Below are positions 20,691 through 30,510 of a stretch of DNA of 64,000 nt, in pieces (positions within the stretch are counted from its first letter, which is position 1; each line of letters begins with the position of its first letter). Source of the DNA: an uncultured Clostridia bacterium (lineage in GTDB: Bacteria > Bacillota > Clostridia > UBA1381 > UMGS1253); assembly GCA_934457145.1 (NCBI GenBank), contig CAKSHP010000009.1, positions 626 to 64,625 of the forward strand. Direction: 5' to 3'. A program made the position numbers and the translations under genes. The notes under the pieces are model-generated. The model saw nothing but the letters and a program-made list of their open reading frames with translations, made no database searches and was not told the DNA's origin.

Positions 20691-21800
20691 TCACCCTTCC
20701 GTTATTTTTCTGTTACAAACATGAAAATACTTAACAAATCCTTTATTTTTAAGATTATTTTCTTTGTCCGTACAGGTTATAATAGTTTGTTTATTATTTA
20801 TGCTGCCGTTTAAATAGCTTCTTCTGTTTTCATCAAGCTCGCTTAAAATATCGTCAAGCAAAATAATCGGATAATCGTTTTTCTCGTTCTTTATAAGCTC
20901 TGAAAGAGCAAGCTTTAAGCTTAAAACAATGCTTCTCATCTGCCCCTGTGAGGCATATCTTCTGACTTCTCTTTTATTTATAAAAAACAAAATATCATCT
21001 TTATGAACTCCTGTTTGCGTAGCGCCTGTTTCTATATCTTTTTTTCTTGTTAAAAAAAGCTTTTCTTCAACGCTCTTTTTTATTTCGGATAAATCGCATC
21101 CGTTTTCAAAATTATCGTAAAAATTGCATAAATACTTTATTTTAAGGCTTTCAGATGATATATCCTTATAAATTTCATACAGATAAACTTTAAGCTGTTT
21201 AAAAAAATTAAATCTGTAAACACATATTCTTGCGCACAAATCAGATAAATAACTGTCCCACACGTCAAGCGTTTCCGTGCCGCATTCGTTTTGATTTATT
21301 CTTTTCAAAAGCGCATTTCTCTGACTTAAAATCTTTAAATATTCGTTTAAAAGTCCGACATAAACCGGCCTTATCTGACTTATTGCCATATCCGTAAAAC
21401 GCCTTCTTTCCGAAGGAAACCCCTTTATCAAAAAAAGATCCTCCGGAGAAAACATAACAACATTTATGTAGTTTGAAATTTCGCTTATTTTTTTTATTTC
21501 GATTTCATTTATGCAAAAAAGCTTTTTTTTATCGTTATAAAGAGAAAAGCTCCCGAAAAAATCTCTGCCGCAACTTTCAAACGACATTTCGATTTTTGCC
21601 ATATTTTTATTTTCGTTTATTAATTCTTTAACCGATGCTCTTCTGTGTGAGCGTCCGGTGCAAAACAAATACACAGCCTCCAAAACGTTTGTTTTCCCGG
21701 CGGCATTTAAGCCGTATATAATATTTGTTTTATCATAAAAGTTAATTTCAGCTTCTTCATAGCAGCGAAAATCGGTGAGCCTTAAGCTTTTTATAAACAT
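20691..21800 (-). CDS. recF: DNA replication and repair protein RecF
   Basis: The N-terminus MFIKSLRLTDFRCYE...GLNAAGKTNVLEAVY contains a Walker A motif. ILLDDILSELD is the Walker B/signature region. Gene order dnaN-yaaA-recF supports the call. Confidence 0.9.
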   Translation of the reverse strand: MFIKSLRLTDFRCYEEAEINFYDKTNIIYGLNAAGKTNVLEAVYLFCTGRSHRRASVKELINENKNMAKIEMSFESCGRDFFGSFSLYNDKKKLFCINEIEIKKISEISNYINVVMFSPEDLFLIKGFPSERRRFTDMAISQIRPVYVGLLNEYLKILSQRNALLKRINQNECGTETLDVWDSYLSDLCARICVYRFNFFKQLKVYLYEIYKDISSESLKIKYLCNFYDNFENGCDLSEIKKSVEEKLFLTRKKDIETGATQTGVHKDDILFFINKREVRRYASQGQMRSIVLSLKLALSELIKNEKNDYPIILLDDILSELDENRRSYLNGSINNKQTIITCTDKENNLKNKGFVKYFHVCNRKITEG

Positions 21801-21801
21801 A

Positions 21802-22026
21802 TTATTTCACCTTTATCAAAAGCGTTTCATCTTCAAATTCTATTTTAACAACATCGTTTGGTCTTATTTTTTTTCCGCGCATTGTGCACACGCTGCCGTT
21901 TACCAAAACAATCTCATCTAAAATCATGTCTTTTGCGTCACTGCCGTTTTCAGCAACACCGCTGAATTTTAAAAGCTGATCAAGTTTTATATATTCAGTA
22001 TTTATTTTAACTTCTTCACTTTGCAT
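21802..22026 (-). CDS. yaaA: S4-domain RNA-binding protein YaaA
   Basis: 74 aa. IKLDQLLKFSGVAENGSDAKDMI...VNG...RGKKIRPNDVV matches the family. It lies between dnaN and recF. Confidence 0.8.
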   Translation of the reverse strand: MQSEEVKINTEYIKLDQLLKFSGVAENGSDAKDMILDEIVLVNGSVCTMRGKKIRPNDVVKIEFEDETLLIKVK

Positions 22027-22052
22027 TTATTTTTCACCTGTTTTCGCAATTT

Positions 22053-23171
22053 TTATTGAGACTGTATATTAATAGGCATAACCATGTATATAAACTCTTC
22101 TCCTTCAACCGGACGAACTATGCATGGGTTTCTTGAAGATATAAAGTCTAACAAAACTTCGCTTTTTTCGCAGTTTCTAAAGACATTATACAAATATCTC
22201 TGATTAAGTCCTATTAAAAGCTCTCCCGATTTTAAAGCATCAGCGTTTATAACATCAGATATTTTTCCTATCTGCGAGCTGCAGTTTACGTTTATTTCAT
22301 CATCTTTTATGTCAAGCTTTAAAGGCGATTTTGCGCTGTCGGCATTAATTATAAGAGCCGCTCTTTCAAGAGAGGATAAAACGTTTGCCGTATCAACCTT
22401 AAGCTCTATTTCAAAATTTTTCTGTTTTTCTATAACGTTTTTATAATTTGTATACTCTCCGTCTCTTAATCTTGACGTTACGGTAAAGTTTTCAAACTCA
22501 AAAAGTATATGCTTTTCGCTGAAATATATTTTAACGTTTAAATCGTCATCGGAAATTATTTTTAAAAGCTCGTTTAATGTTTTTCCCGGAACAATAACTC
22601 TTATGTTTTTGCCGTTTTCCTCTATATTTTCATTTCTTATTGCCATTAAAAATCCATCGGTTGAAACGACAGATATTTTATTGTTTTCTATTTCAAACAA
22701 AGAGCCTGTCCATATAGGTTTTTTATCGTTTGTTGAAATTGCGAAAATTGTTTGCTTTATAAGGCTTTTTAAAACACGCTGATTTATTGTTATGCTGTCG
22801 TTTTTGTTAATCTGAGGAATTTTAGGATATTCGGAAGCGTCTAATCCTAAAATATCAAAATTAACGTTTGAGCATTTTATTTTTGTAACGAATTTATCGT
22901 CTGTTTCAATAAAAACAGGTGCATCGGGAAGTTTTCTTATTATTTCGCCAAACATTCTTGCATTTAAAACAACTTTTCCTTCTTCTATTACCTGAACTGT
23001 ACATTCGTGCTCTATTGCAAGTTCAAGGTCGTTGCCCGTAAGAGTTATTTTATCGTTTTTCGTTTCTATTAAAATTCCTTCCAGAACAGGAAGCGTTGAT
23101 TTTGAAGAAACTGCTTTTGAAACTATATTAACAGCTTCAATTAATATGTTTTTGTCACACAGTATTTTCAT
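22053..23171 (-). CDS. dnaN: DNA polymerase III beta sliding clamp
   Basis: 372 aa. MKILCDKNILIEAVNIVSKAVSSKSTLPVLEGILIE is a typical N-terminus. The position after dnaA supports the call. Confidence 0.9.
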   Translation of the reverse strand: MKILCDKNILIEAVNIVSKAVSSKSTLPVLEGILIETKNDKITLTGNDLELAIEHECTVQVIEEGKVVLNARMFGEIIRKLPDAPVFIETDDKFVTKIKCSNVNFDILGLDASEYPKIPQINKNDSITINQRVLKSLIKQTIFAISTNDKKPIWTGSLFEIENNKISVVSTDGFLMAIRNENIEENGKNIRVIVPGKTLNELLKIISDDDLNVKIYFSEKHILFEFENFTVTSRLRDGEYTNYKNVIEKQKNFEIELKVDTANVLSSLERAALIINADSAKSPLKLDIKDDEINVNCSSQIGKISDVINADALKSGELLIGLNQRYLYNVFRNCEKSEVLLDFISSRNPCIVRPVEGEEFIYMVMPINIQSQ

Positions 23172-23419
23172 AAAGTTTCAGACCTTTCAAAAAAAAATTC
23201 AAAATTATTATAATTATATATAATAAAATAAATATATAATGAATAGTAGTAATAGTAGTAGGTATGTGAAAACAGTGGAAAACGCTTAAAGATGCCGTAT
23301 ACAAAGTGTTTTTCGATGTTAATATATTATTGATAACATAAACGGTTTATCAACATAAATAACATATTGACATTGTTTAGGATAACTTATGCATATTTTC
23401 ACATATTTTTTATGGAAAA
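23172..23419. other. oriC, dnaA-dnaN intergenic part (DnaA boxes, DnaA-trio array, AT-rich unwinding region)
   Basis: Degenerate DnaA boxes TTATCAACA (23347-23355), TGTGAAAAC (23265-23273) and GTGGAAAAC (23275-23283). TAG-trios lie at 23244-23261. A tract of about 40 bp toward dnaN is over 90% AT. Confidence 0.65.
23244..23261. promoter_or_regulatory. DnaA-trio-like array (TAG TAG TAA TAG TAG TAG)
   Basis: Six consecutive trinucleotides, five of them TAG, lie immediately next to two DnaA-box-like 9-mers and next to the AT-rich tract. This is the same order as the Bacillus subtilis basal unwinding system. Confidence 0.5.
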
Positions 23420-24757
23420 CTACTTCAATATACTTTTTAACTGTTTCGTCATTATTTCTATTGCAGAAGCAACCTCTTTATTTGTTTTTATATTCTTTTC
23501 AATGTTGTCAACAGCATGTATAACGGTTGTGTAATGTCTTTTTCCGTATTCGTTTCCGATAACGACAAACGACATATCCGTCAGCTTTCTGCAAAGATAC
23601 ATGCAAATCTGTCTTGCGTCTGAAATATCTTGGGTTTTTCTTTTTCCTTTTATATCTTCAATCGGTATTCCGTAATATTTAGACACTGTTTCGTTAATTG
23701 ATTTCGCCGTAATTCTTATAACACCCTCTTTTGCTATAACAGAGCTTAAAGCTTCCTCTGCAAGCTCAAGATTTAATATTTTGCCCGTTATTTTTGCATA
23801 TGAAACAATTCTTGTTAAAGCTCCTTCAAGCTCTCTTATGTTTGATTTGATACTGTCGGCTATATAACAGTAAACATCATACGGCACATCAACATTTTCA
23901 AATGACGCTTTCTTTTGAAGAATTGCAATTCTTGTTTCATAGTCCGGCGGTTTAATATCGCCTATAAGTCCGCATTCAAATCTTGTGCGCAGTCTGTCTT
24001 CCAAGGTGCTTATTTCTCTCGGCAAACGATCCGATGTTAAAACTATTTGCTTGTTTGAATTAAAAAGATCGTTAAAAGTATGGAAAAATTCCTCCTGGCC
24101 AAGCTCTTTTCCGGCTAAAAACTGAATATCGTCTATCAAAAGAATATCGGCGTTTCTGTATTTATTTCGAAAATTTGCCGTTGTTCTTGATGAAATAGCG
24201 TTAATAAGCTCGTTTATAAACATTTCCGAAGAAATATACACTATATTTGAATTCGGATTAGCGGATTTTGCATAGTTTGCTATAGCATGCATAAGATGAG
24301 TTTTTCCGAGTCCCGAATCGCCGTATAAAAACAGAGGATTGTATGCCTGAGCGGGCGCCTGGGCAACCGCAACTGCCGCTGCATGCGCAAAGTAATTCGA
24401 ATTTCCGACAACGAACGTGTCAAATGTGTATCTCGGATTTATATATGAAGGCACATCATTTGAATTTTTTAATTCGTTTTTCTTTTCGTTTTTTTCAATA
24501 AAAGATATGTTTTCTGCTCCGCCTATAACAAATTCGATATCATAGCTGTTTTTTAAAACGGATTCAAATGCCCCTGATATAAGCGGTTTATATCTTTTTA
24601 TCATAGACAGTATTAAATCGTTTGAAACCGAAAGAGTAACTTTGTTTTCGGTTATGGAAAGAGGTTTTACATCTCCAAACCATGTATTAAAAGTAAGAGG
24701 TGTAACTTCAGGTTTTATAAGCTGTAAAACTTCGTCCCAAACATTAAAAATATTCAT
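23420..24757 (-). CDS. dnaA: Chromosomal replication initiator DnaA
   Basis: 445 aa. AAA+ Walker A LFLYGDSGLGKTHL, Walker B LLIDDIQFL, and the C-terminal DNA-binding motif YGKRHYTTVIHAVDNI. Confidence 0.95.
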   Translation of the reverse strand: MNIFNVWDEVLQLIKPEVTPLTFNTWFGDVKPLSITENKVTLSVSNDLILSMIKRYKPLISGAFESVLKNSYDIEFVIGGAENISFIEKNEKKNELKNSNDVPSYINPRYTFDTFVVGNSNYFAHAAAVAVAQAPAQAYNPLFLYGDSGLGKTHLMHAIANYAKSANPNSNIVYISSEMFINELINAISSRTTANFRNKYRNADILLIDDIQFLAGKELGQEEFFHTFNDLFNSNKQIVLTSDRLPREISTLEDRLRTRFECGLIGDIKPPDYETRIAILQKKASFENVDVPYDVYCYIADSIKSNIRELEGALTRIVSYAKITGKILNLELAEEALSSVIAKEGVIRITAKSINETVSKYYGIPIEDIKGKRKTQDISDARQICMYLCRKLTDMSFVVIGNEYGKRHYTTVIHAVDNIEKNIKTNKEVASAIEIMTKQLKSILK

Positions 24758-25082
24758 TTATAAAACCCCTTGCAACAATTTGTAGTGTTAGGCTTATGTT
24801 TAAAAGTTATCCATATAGTTATCCATAAGTGTGGATAACTTTTTTAATTATAAAATAATATTGCCGTTTTACTTAAAGAAACCGAATTTTTTATATTGTG
24901 GATAAAAGTGTGCAAAATATAAGTATAAAGATTTTAAGTAAAACAAAAAAACAATATATTGTGGTTTTTAATTAAATTTGTCAAATTATATTTTAATATG
25001 AAAAATATTAAAAATGAGCCTATACATCTAATATTAATTATATCAAAAATAAAAATATTAATCAAGTGATTTTACAAATTTA
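24758..25082. other. oriC, region upstream of dnaA (DnaA-box cluster plus AT-rich tract)
   Basis: TTATCCATA at 24807-24815 and 24819-24827. Perfect TGTGGATAA (complement of TTATCCACA) at 24830-24838 and 24897-24905. Roughly 150 bp of highly AT-rich sequence follows. Confidence 0.7.
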
Positions 25083-25142
25083 TTGACAAATAAAAAAGCA
25101 CAGTGTATAATTTATATAAAAATAAGAAAGAGGGAGATTATT

Positions 25143-25433
25143 ATGGTAAAGCATATTGTTATATGGAAATTAAAAGATGAAAATAAAAAAGAAAATGCTG
25201 CCGAGATAAAGAAAAGGCTTGAAAATCTTGTCGGCATTGTAAAAGAAATAAAGAGTCTTGAGGTCGGAATTAATTTTAATAGCTCCGATGCCGCATATGA
25301 TTTATGCCTGATTTGCGAGTTTGAAAATGAAGATGATCTTAATTCATATCAGGTAAATGAAAATCATGTTAAGGTAAGTAAATTTGTAAGAAGCGTTATA
25401 ACAGACAGAAAGGTTATAGATTTTAACTTCTAA
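25143..25433 (+). CDS. Dabb (stress-responsive alpha/beta-barrel) domain protein
   Basis: 97 aa. MVKHIVIWKLKD...LVGIVKEIKSLEVGINF...YDLCLICEFENEDDLNSYQVNENHVKV is the Dabb pattern. ATG 25143 has a GAGGGAG RBS. Confidence 0.75.
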   Translation: MVKHIVIWKLKDENKKENAAEIKKRLENLVGIVKEIKSLEVGINFNSSDAAYDLCLICEFENEDDLNSYQVNENHVKVSKFVRSVITDRKVIDFNF

Positions 25434-25437
25434 AAAG

Positions 25438-25486
25438 AAAAACGGGATTTGAAAAGCTAACAGCTGTTATTTCAAATCCCGTTTTA
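25438..25486. terminator. Bidirectional terminator between the Dabb and SleB-like genes
   Basis: AAAAACGGGATTTGAAA pairs with TTTCAAATCCCGTTTT. Confidence 0.85.
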
Positions 25487-25493
25487 AATTTTA

Positions 25494-26273
25494 TTATAAA
25501 TAAAAATCGTGATTTCCTATTGAAGTATAAAAAGTTCTGTTGTTTTTAATCCATGAGCTTGAAGCTGTTTTTGGGTTAAAAAAATATAAACAGTCGGCAA
25601 CAACGTTAAAACCGTTTAAAGAAAGTTTTGCAGCCTTTATACTTTCATATGACGGGGTGTTGTATATTGTTTTATTTATAACAGGTTCATACTGCACGGC
25701 GTATTTTGTGTCAAATATAACCGTGTAAATTGTGTTTGGAAATTCATCTGATTTAACTCTGTTTAATATAACATTTCCGACAGCTATTTTTCCTAAAAGT
25801 GTTTCGCCTTCGCTTTCGGCGTTTATTATTCTTGAAAGCCAGTAAATATGGTCGTTTGTATAGTCATATTTTATTTGTGAGGGCAAGAGGTTTATATTTT
25901 CATTATCTATATTTATGCAGTAATACTCCTGATCCCATGAAAAATCAATATCAAATATATCAAAAAAATCTCTTGCGCCGACATATAAAGTGTTGTCTTT
26001 AATTACGGGACAGTCATTTAAGTAATAATTTTTTAAATTTTTTGCATAGTAGTTTTTATCTTTGTAGAAAATAACATCTTCAACCTCTGCGCTTTGATTT
26101 GTATAGTCCCATGTTACATCTTTGTTTAAAATTTCGCTTATTTTTCTTAGCGGAATATAGGTTTTGTCATTAATAATATGAGCATACGATAAATCAAAAT
26201 CGGCAAAGTTTCCGTTTATTACAACATCAACAATTATGTCTTCGCTGTAACAGCTGAAAGAAAAAGACATCAA
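25494..26273 (-). CDS. SleB/CwlJ-family cell-wall hydrolase with an N-terminal Cu-amine-oxidase-like domain
   Basis: Hydrolase_2 motifs WLSRIINAESEGETLLGKIAVGNVILNRV...YTVIFDTKYAVQYEP...FFNP. See the finding on the ATG-TGA start-stop at 26301-26306. Confidence 0.8.
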   Translation of the reverse strand: MMSFSFSCYSEDIIVDVVINGNFADFDLSYAHIINDKTYIPLRKISEILNKDVTWDYTNQSAEVEDVIFYKDKNYYAKNLKNYYLNDCPVIKDNTLYVGARDFFDIFDIDFSWDQEYYCINIDNENINLLPSQIKYDYTNDHIYWLSRIINAESEGETLLGKIAVGNVILNRVKSDEFPNTIYTVIFDTKYAVQYEPVINKTIYNTPSYESIKAAKLSLNGFNVVADCLYFFNPKTASSSWIKNNRTFYTSIGNHDFYL

Positions 26274-26484
26274 AACAAAAAATAATATAAAAAATTTCTT
26301 TCACATAATAAAAACCCTCCTTAAAAATAATAATATTATGGCTGCAATTAAATTATAATATATATTATAATTTAATTCAATGATATATATATGGAAAAAA
26401 AGTAAATAAATTTGTTGCAAAAACCAAAGTTATTTGATAAAATAAGAAAAGAAGATGTATAAATTATGAAAGGATTTGATATAA

Positions 26485-27186
26485 ATGAGCAGATGCGTTT
26501 TGATAGTTGACGATGAAAAGCCTATAGTTGATATATTAAAATATAATCTTGAAAAGGAAGGATATGAAACAATAGAAGCGTATGACGGGGAGCAGGCATA
26601 TAAATATGCTTTGGAAAAGTCTCCGGATATAATACTTTTAGACGTTATGCTTCCTAAAATGGACGGTTTTGAAGTGTGCAGAAAAGTAAGAGAAAAGCTA
26701 AATGTTCCTATTTTAATGCTGACTGCAAGAGAAGAAGAGGTAGATAAAGTTCTCGGGCTTGAGCTTGGCGCCGACGATTATATAACAAAGCCTTTTTCTC
26801 CGAGAGAGTTAATGGCAAGAGTTAAGGCAAATTTAAGAAGAACCATGCCCTATGAAAATAAAGAAGATGAAAAAGATAAAAATATTATAGAAAGAGGACG
26901 TCTTGTTTTAAATCTTGACAGATATGAAGTTAAAAAAGACGGCGAAATAATAGATTTAACATTAAGAGAATTTGAACTTTTAAAATTTCTTGCGCTTCAG
27001 CCGGACAAGGTTTTTACAAGGGAAATGCTTTTGGAAAAAGTGTGGGACTATGATTACTACGGCGATGTAAGAACGGTTGACGTTACAATAAGGCGTCTGC
27101 GCGAAAAAATAGAAGACGATCCGGGAATACCTTCTTTTGTTGTTACAAAAAGAGGAGTCGGATATTGTTTTAATAAAAATAATTAA
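26485..27186 (+). CDS. OmpR-family response regulator (WalR/YycF-like)
   Basis: Receiver domain with LIVDDE and a phospho-acceptor D in ILLDVMLP. The winged-helix output domain reads LTLREFELLKFLA...VDVTIRRLREKIE. Confidence 0.9.
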   Translation: MSRCVLIVDDEKPIVDILKYNLEKEGYETIEAYDGEQAYKYALEKSPDIILLDVMLPKMDGFEVCRKVREKLNVPILMLTAREEEVDKVLGLELGADDYITKPFSPRELMARVKANLRRTMPYENKEDEKDKNIIERGRLVLNLDRYEVKKDGEIIDLTLREFELLKFLALQPDKVFTREMLLEKVWDYDYYGDVRTVDVTIRRLREKIEDDPGIPSFVVTKRGVGYCFNKNN

Positions 27187-27208
27187 ACCTAAGATAAAGG
27201 TGAAGTAA

Positions 27209-29002
27209 ATGTTTAAAAAGCGTTTAAGATTAAAAATTATAACAATGTTTGTGCTGCTTGCACTGGCAATGATGATAATAGCCGGCACGGTTTTGATAAC
27301 TCAGATAGGAAAGTTTTACACGCAAAAGTTTTCCGAAGAAATGAACATTGTTTTTTCAGACAGTCAGATAAATAAAGAATTTTTAAACGCAGTTGAAAAC
27401 GACGGAGGCGTTGAAAAATTAACCGAAGTTGTTAAAGCGTATTCCGGTTCGGGACGGCTCGGAATAAACAAAAACAGAAACTATTATATTTTAGACGGAA
27501 AAACGGGAAGATGTCTTGAAAGCTCGGACACAAATATAAGCGTTACAAAAACGGAAAATATAATAACGGCTCTGACCGGCGAAATCGGGAAAAAATCGGA
27601 TTATTCCGCCTCGGGAATGGATTATGCGTATCCCGTAAAAGACAGCAATCAAAAGGTTTTGTATATTGTTTATATAAATGATAACCGCTCAGAGGTTAAA
27701 GGCGTTATAGAAAGCATATTTTTAATACTTTTGCAGGTAATGGGCTGGTGTGTTTTAATTTCGTTTATACTCGGTTATTTTATTTCAAAAACAATAACCG
27801 ATCCTATATTAAACTTAACAAAAAAAGCCGAAAAGCTTGCAAAGGGCGAAAAGCCAGACAGCGACAGCGTTAAAAAATCAAACGACGAAATCGGTATTTT
27901 GTCAGACACGTTTAACTTTATGTCGGCTGAGCTTTTTAACACATTAGAACAGGTCAGAAACGAAAAAATAAAGATGGAAACTATTTTGGCAAACCTTACA
28001 GACGGCGTTATGGCGTTTGATTTGGACGGAAAAATAGTTCATATAAATAATAAGGCAAAAGAAATGTTTTCGGTTGTCGACGAAAATATTATTGAGTTTG
28101 ACAGATTTTTTAAAGATATAGACGTTAATATACATATGGGCGATATAGTGTATCTTAACAAAGACAAGATAGAAGAAAGAATAATATATTTTAACAAACA
28201 GATTTTAATGGCTTATTTTGTTGTTTATAAAATATCAGACGACAGCGGAAACAAGAGAACAGGCGGCGTTGTAACGGCTGTTCAGGATATAACAAAGCAG
28301 CAAAAGCTCGACGAATCAAGACGCGAATTTGTGGCAAATGTTTCGCATGAGCTTCGCACCCCGCTAACAACAATAAAATCTTATACTGAAACTTTAATAG
28401 ACGGTATGGAAAATAAAACTTCAATGGAATATAACTTTTTGGGAGTTATAAATTCTGAAATAGACAGAATGACAAGAATAGTAAAAGACCTTTTAACTCT
28501 TTCGCGTCTTGACCATGGCGAAAGTATTAAAAAGAGCCTGTTTAATATAAAGGATATTATTTCTGAAATAGTTAATAAAATGAGCATGAATGCCAAAAAG
28601 CATAATCAGACAATTAACTTCACATCAACAACGGATATTCCCGATTATATGGGAGATAAAGATAAAATAGAAAGAGTTATAATAAATATAGTTTCAAACT
28701 CTTTAAAATACACTCCCGACGGCGGAAAAATAGATATATATGCAGGCTGCGTTTATAATGAAATATATATAAGAATAAAGGATAACGGAATAGGTATACC
28801 GCAAAAGGATCTTGCAAGAATTTTTGAAAGATTTTACAGGGTTGATAAGGCTCGCACAAGGTCAATGGGAGGCACAGGACTCGGGCTTGCAATTGCAAAA
28901 GAAATTGTTGAAAAACATGAAGGAAAAATAAAAATAAACTCAGAAGTTGATAAAGGAACCGAGGTTTTAATAACGCTCCCGTTAAAAACCATTAACAGTT
29001 AA
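27209..29002 (+). CDS. Sensor histidine kinase (WalK/YycG-like: 2 TM, HAMP, PAS, HisKA, HATPase_c)
   Basis: H-box FVANVSHELRTPLT, N-box IINIVSNSLKYT, G-boxes DNGIGIP and GGTGLGLAI. Confidence 0.9.
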   Translation: MFKKRLRLKIITMFVLLALAMMIIAGTVLITQIGKFYTQKFSEEMNIVFSDSQINKEFLNAVENDGGVEKLTEVVKAYSGSGRLGINKNRNYYILDGKTGRCLESSDTNISVTKTENIITALTGEIGKKSDYSASGMDYAYPVKDSNQKVLYIVYINDNRSEVKGVIESIFLILLQVMGWCVLISFILGYFISKTITDPILNLTKKAEKLAKGEKPDSDSVKKSNDEIGILSDTFNFMSAELFNTLEQVRNEKIKMETILANLTDGVMAFDLDGKIVHINNKAKEMFSVVDENIIEFDRFFKDIDVNIHMGDIVYLNKDKIEERIIYFNKQILMAYFVVYKISDDSGNKRTGGVVTAVQDITKQQKLDESRREFVANVSHELRTPLTTIKSYTETLIDGMENKTSMEYNFLGVINSEIDRMTRIVKDLLTLSRLDHGESIKKSLFNIKDIISEIVNKMSMNAKKHNQTINFTSTTDIPDYMGDKDKIERVIINIVSNSLKYTPDGGKIDIYAGCVYNEIYIRIKDNGIGIPQKDLARIFERFYRVDKARTRSMGGTGLGLAIAKEIVEKHEGKIKINSEVDKGTEVLITLPLKTINS

Positions 29003-29040
29003 ATAAAAAAATGTTAAAAAACTTCGGAAAGTGCAGAAAA

Positions 29041-29071
29041 AAGGGGCTGTTTAAAAAATAAACAGCCCCTT
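29041..29071. terminator. Bidirectional terminator between the kinase and the convergent AraC gene
   Basis: AAGGGGCTGTTTA (29041-29053) pairs with TAAACAGCCCCTT (29059-29071). It overlaps the AraC stop codon. Confidence 0.7.
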
Positions 29072-29894
29072 AAATTTTATGTTTATATTCTGTCGGAGCA
29101 AATCCGTTATATTTTTTAAAAAGCTTTGAAAAATAAAAAATATCGCCTATTCCAACGCTTTTTGAAATTTGAGAAATACTCATATTTCCCTCGGAAAGAA
29201 GCTGTTTTGCTCTGTTCATCCGCATGTTGTTTATAAATTTTATAGGAGAAGAACCGAAAAATGATTTAAAGTATCTTATAAAATAATTGGGATGCAGATG
29301 CATAACATCGGCAAGCTCGTTAATAGTTAGCTTTTTTTCCATGTTTTTTTCTATATATTGCAAAACATTACGAAAGTCTGTTTCGTATTGCTGCGTGCCG
29401 TCGTTTGGAAGTTTGCTGTCCATTTTTAAATAAAATGATATTATTTCCAATATCAATCCCTTTATTGCAACAGTGTTATAAACGGTTTCTTCCTGATTTG
29501 TTAAATCTATAAGCCTTATAAACAAATTTTTTATATGCTCGCCGTCATCATCTAATTTTATGCAAAATCTCGGGTGAACAAGATTAAAAAGATTCATATT
29601 CCCTACCTTTGCGGAAAAATGAAACCAGTATTTTGTAACAAAATTATCGTTAATATGATAAAAAGACTGCTTGGTTTCTGCCGGCATAAGATAAATATTG
29701 CCGGGAACTAAATGATATTTAACATTATTAACAACTATCTCGCCCTCTCCGTCGGTCGGAAGCAAAAATTTATTATACTGCGGAACATAATCTATTGATT
29801 TCCAGCCTGCCCAGCAATGGGTAAACGAACCGGAGAGAAAATTTACGTATATATTATCAAGGTATTTGCAATTTATATTGTTTTTGTAAGGCAT
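29070..29894 (-). CDS. AraC-family transcriptional regulator
   Basis: Cupin-like N-terminus and C-terminal double HTH (INELADVMHLHPNYFIRYFK...ISQISKSVGIGDIFYFSKLFKK). Confidence 0.85.
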   Translation of the reverse strand: MPYKNNINCKYLDNIYVNFLSGSFTHCWAGWKSIDYVPQYNKFLLPTDGEGEIVVNNVKYHLVPGNIYLMPAETKQSFYHINDNFVTKYWFHFSAKVGNMNLFNLVHPRFCIKLDDDGEHIKNLFIRLIDLTNQEETVYNTVAIKGLILEIISFYLKMDSKLPNDGTQQYETDFRNVLQYIEKNMEKKLTINELADVMHLHPNYFIRYFKSFFGSSPIKFINNMRMNRAKQLLSEGNMSISQISKSVGIGDIFYFSKLFKKYNGFAPTEYKHKI

Positions 29895-30060
29895 AAATTA
29901 TTCCCCCAAAAGCGTCTTTATAGTTTTAATTATACACAACTATAATTAAAAAGTCAATAAAAAAACAATATAAATTATTTAATTATACTAAAAAACAAAC
30001 AAAAATACAGATTTCCATAATTAACTATAAAAATCTGTATTTTGATTTATTTTATCTTAT

Positions 30061-30510
30061 TTATTTCATGTTGTTTGCCTTATCATAAAATCCCGGTAAA
30101 ACGGCTTCAAGCTCTTCTTTTGAAAAGTTTGCAAGCTGCTGCTTAACAGAGGATTTGTTGTTTGAAAGGTAAGCGTTTAAAAGGGAAAATAATTTTTTAT
30201 TAGACGCATCAATAAAATTTTTATCACTGTTTACCAATTCATATTGTTTAACAAGTTCTTCGTTTGAAGCTTTTGCATTTTCATATTCTTTAGTAACGGA
30301 ATCAAGTTTATTTTTTAAATCAACGTTTTCCTGAGTGAGCTGATCTATGCGCTGATTTGAATTTTGAGAAAAACTTTTTAAAACCTGAAGATTTCCGTTT
30401 TCCGGAATAAGCTTCCATTGAGTTATTGTTGTTATGCTTATGAGTGCAATTGCAATTATAAATAATATGCCTGCATAAATCCACATCTGCTTTGTGTTTT
30501 TGTTTTTCAT
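30061..30510 (-). CDS. Membrane-anchored coiled-coil protein, function unknown
   Basis: 149 aa. A single N-terminal TM (WIYAGILFIIAIALISITTI) is followed by heptad-like Q/E/K/L-rich sequence. RBS AAAGGAG lies upstream. Confidence 0.6.
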   Translation of the reverse strand: MKNKNTKQMWIYAGILFIIAIALISITTITQWKLIPENGNLQVLKSFSQNSNQRIDQLTQENVDLKNKLDSVTKEYENAKASNEELVKQYELVNSDKNFIDASNKKLFSLLNAYLSNNKSSVKQQLANFSKEELEAVLPGFYDKANNMK

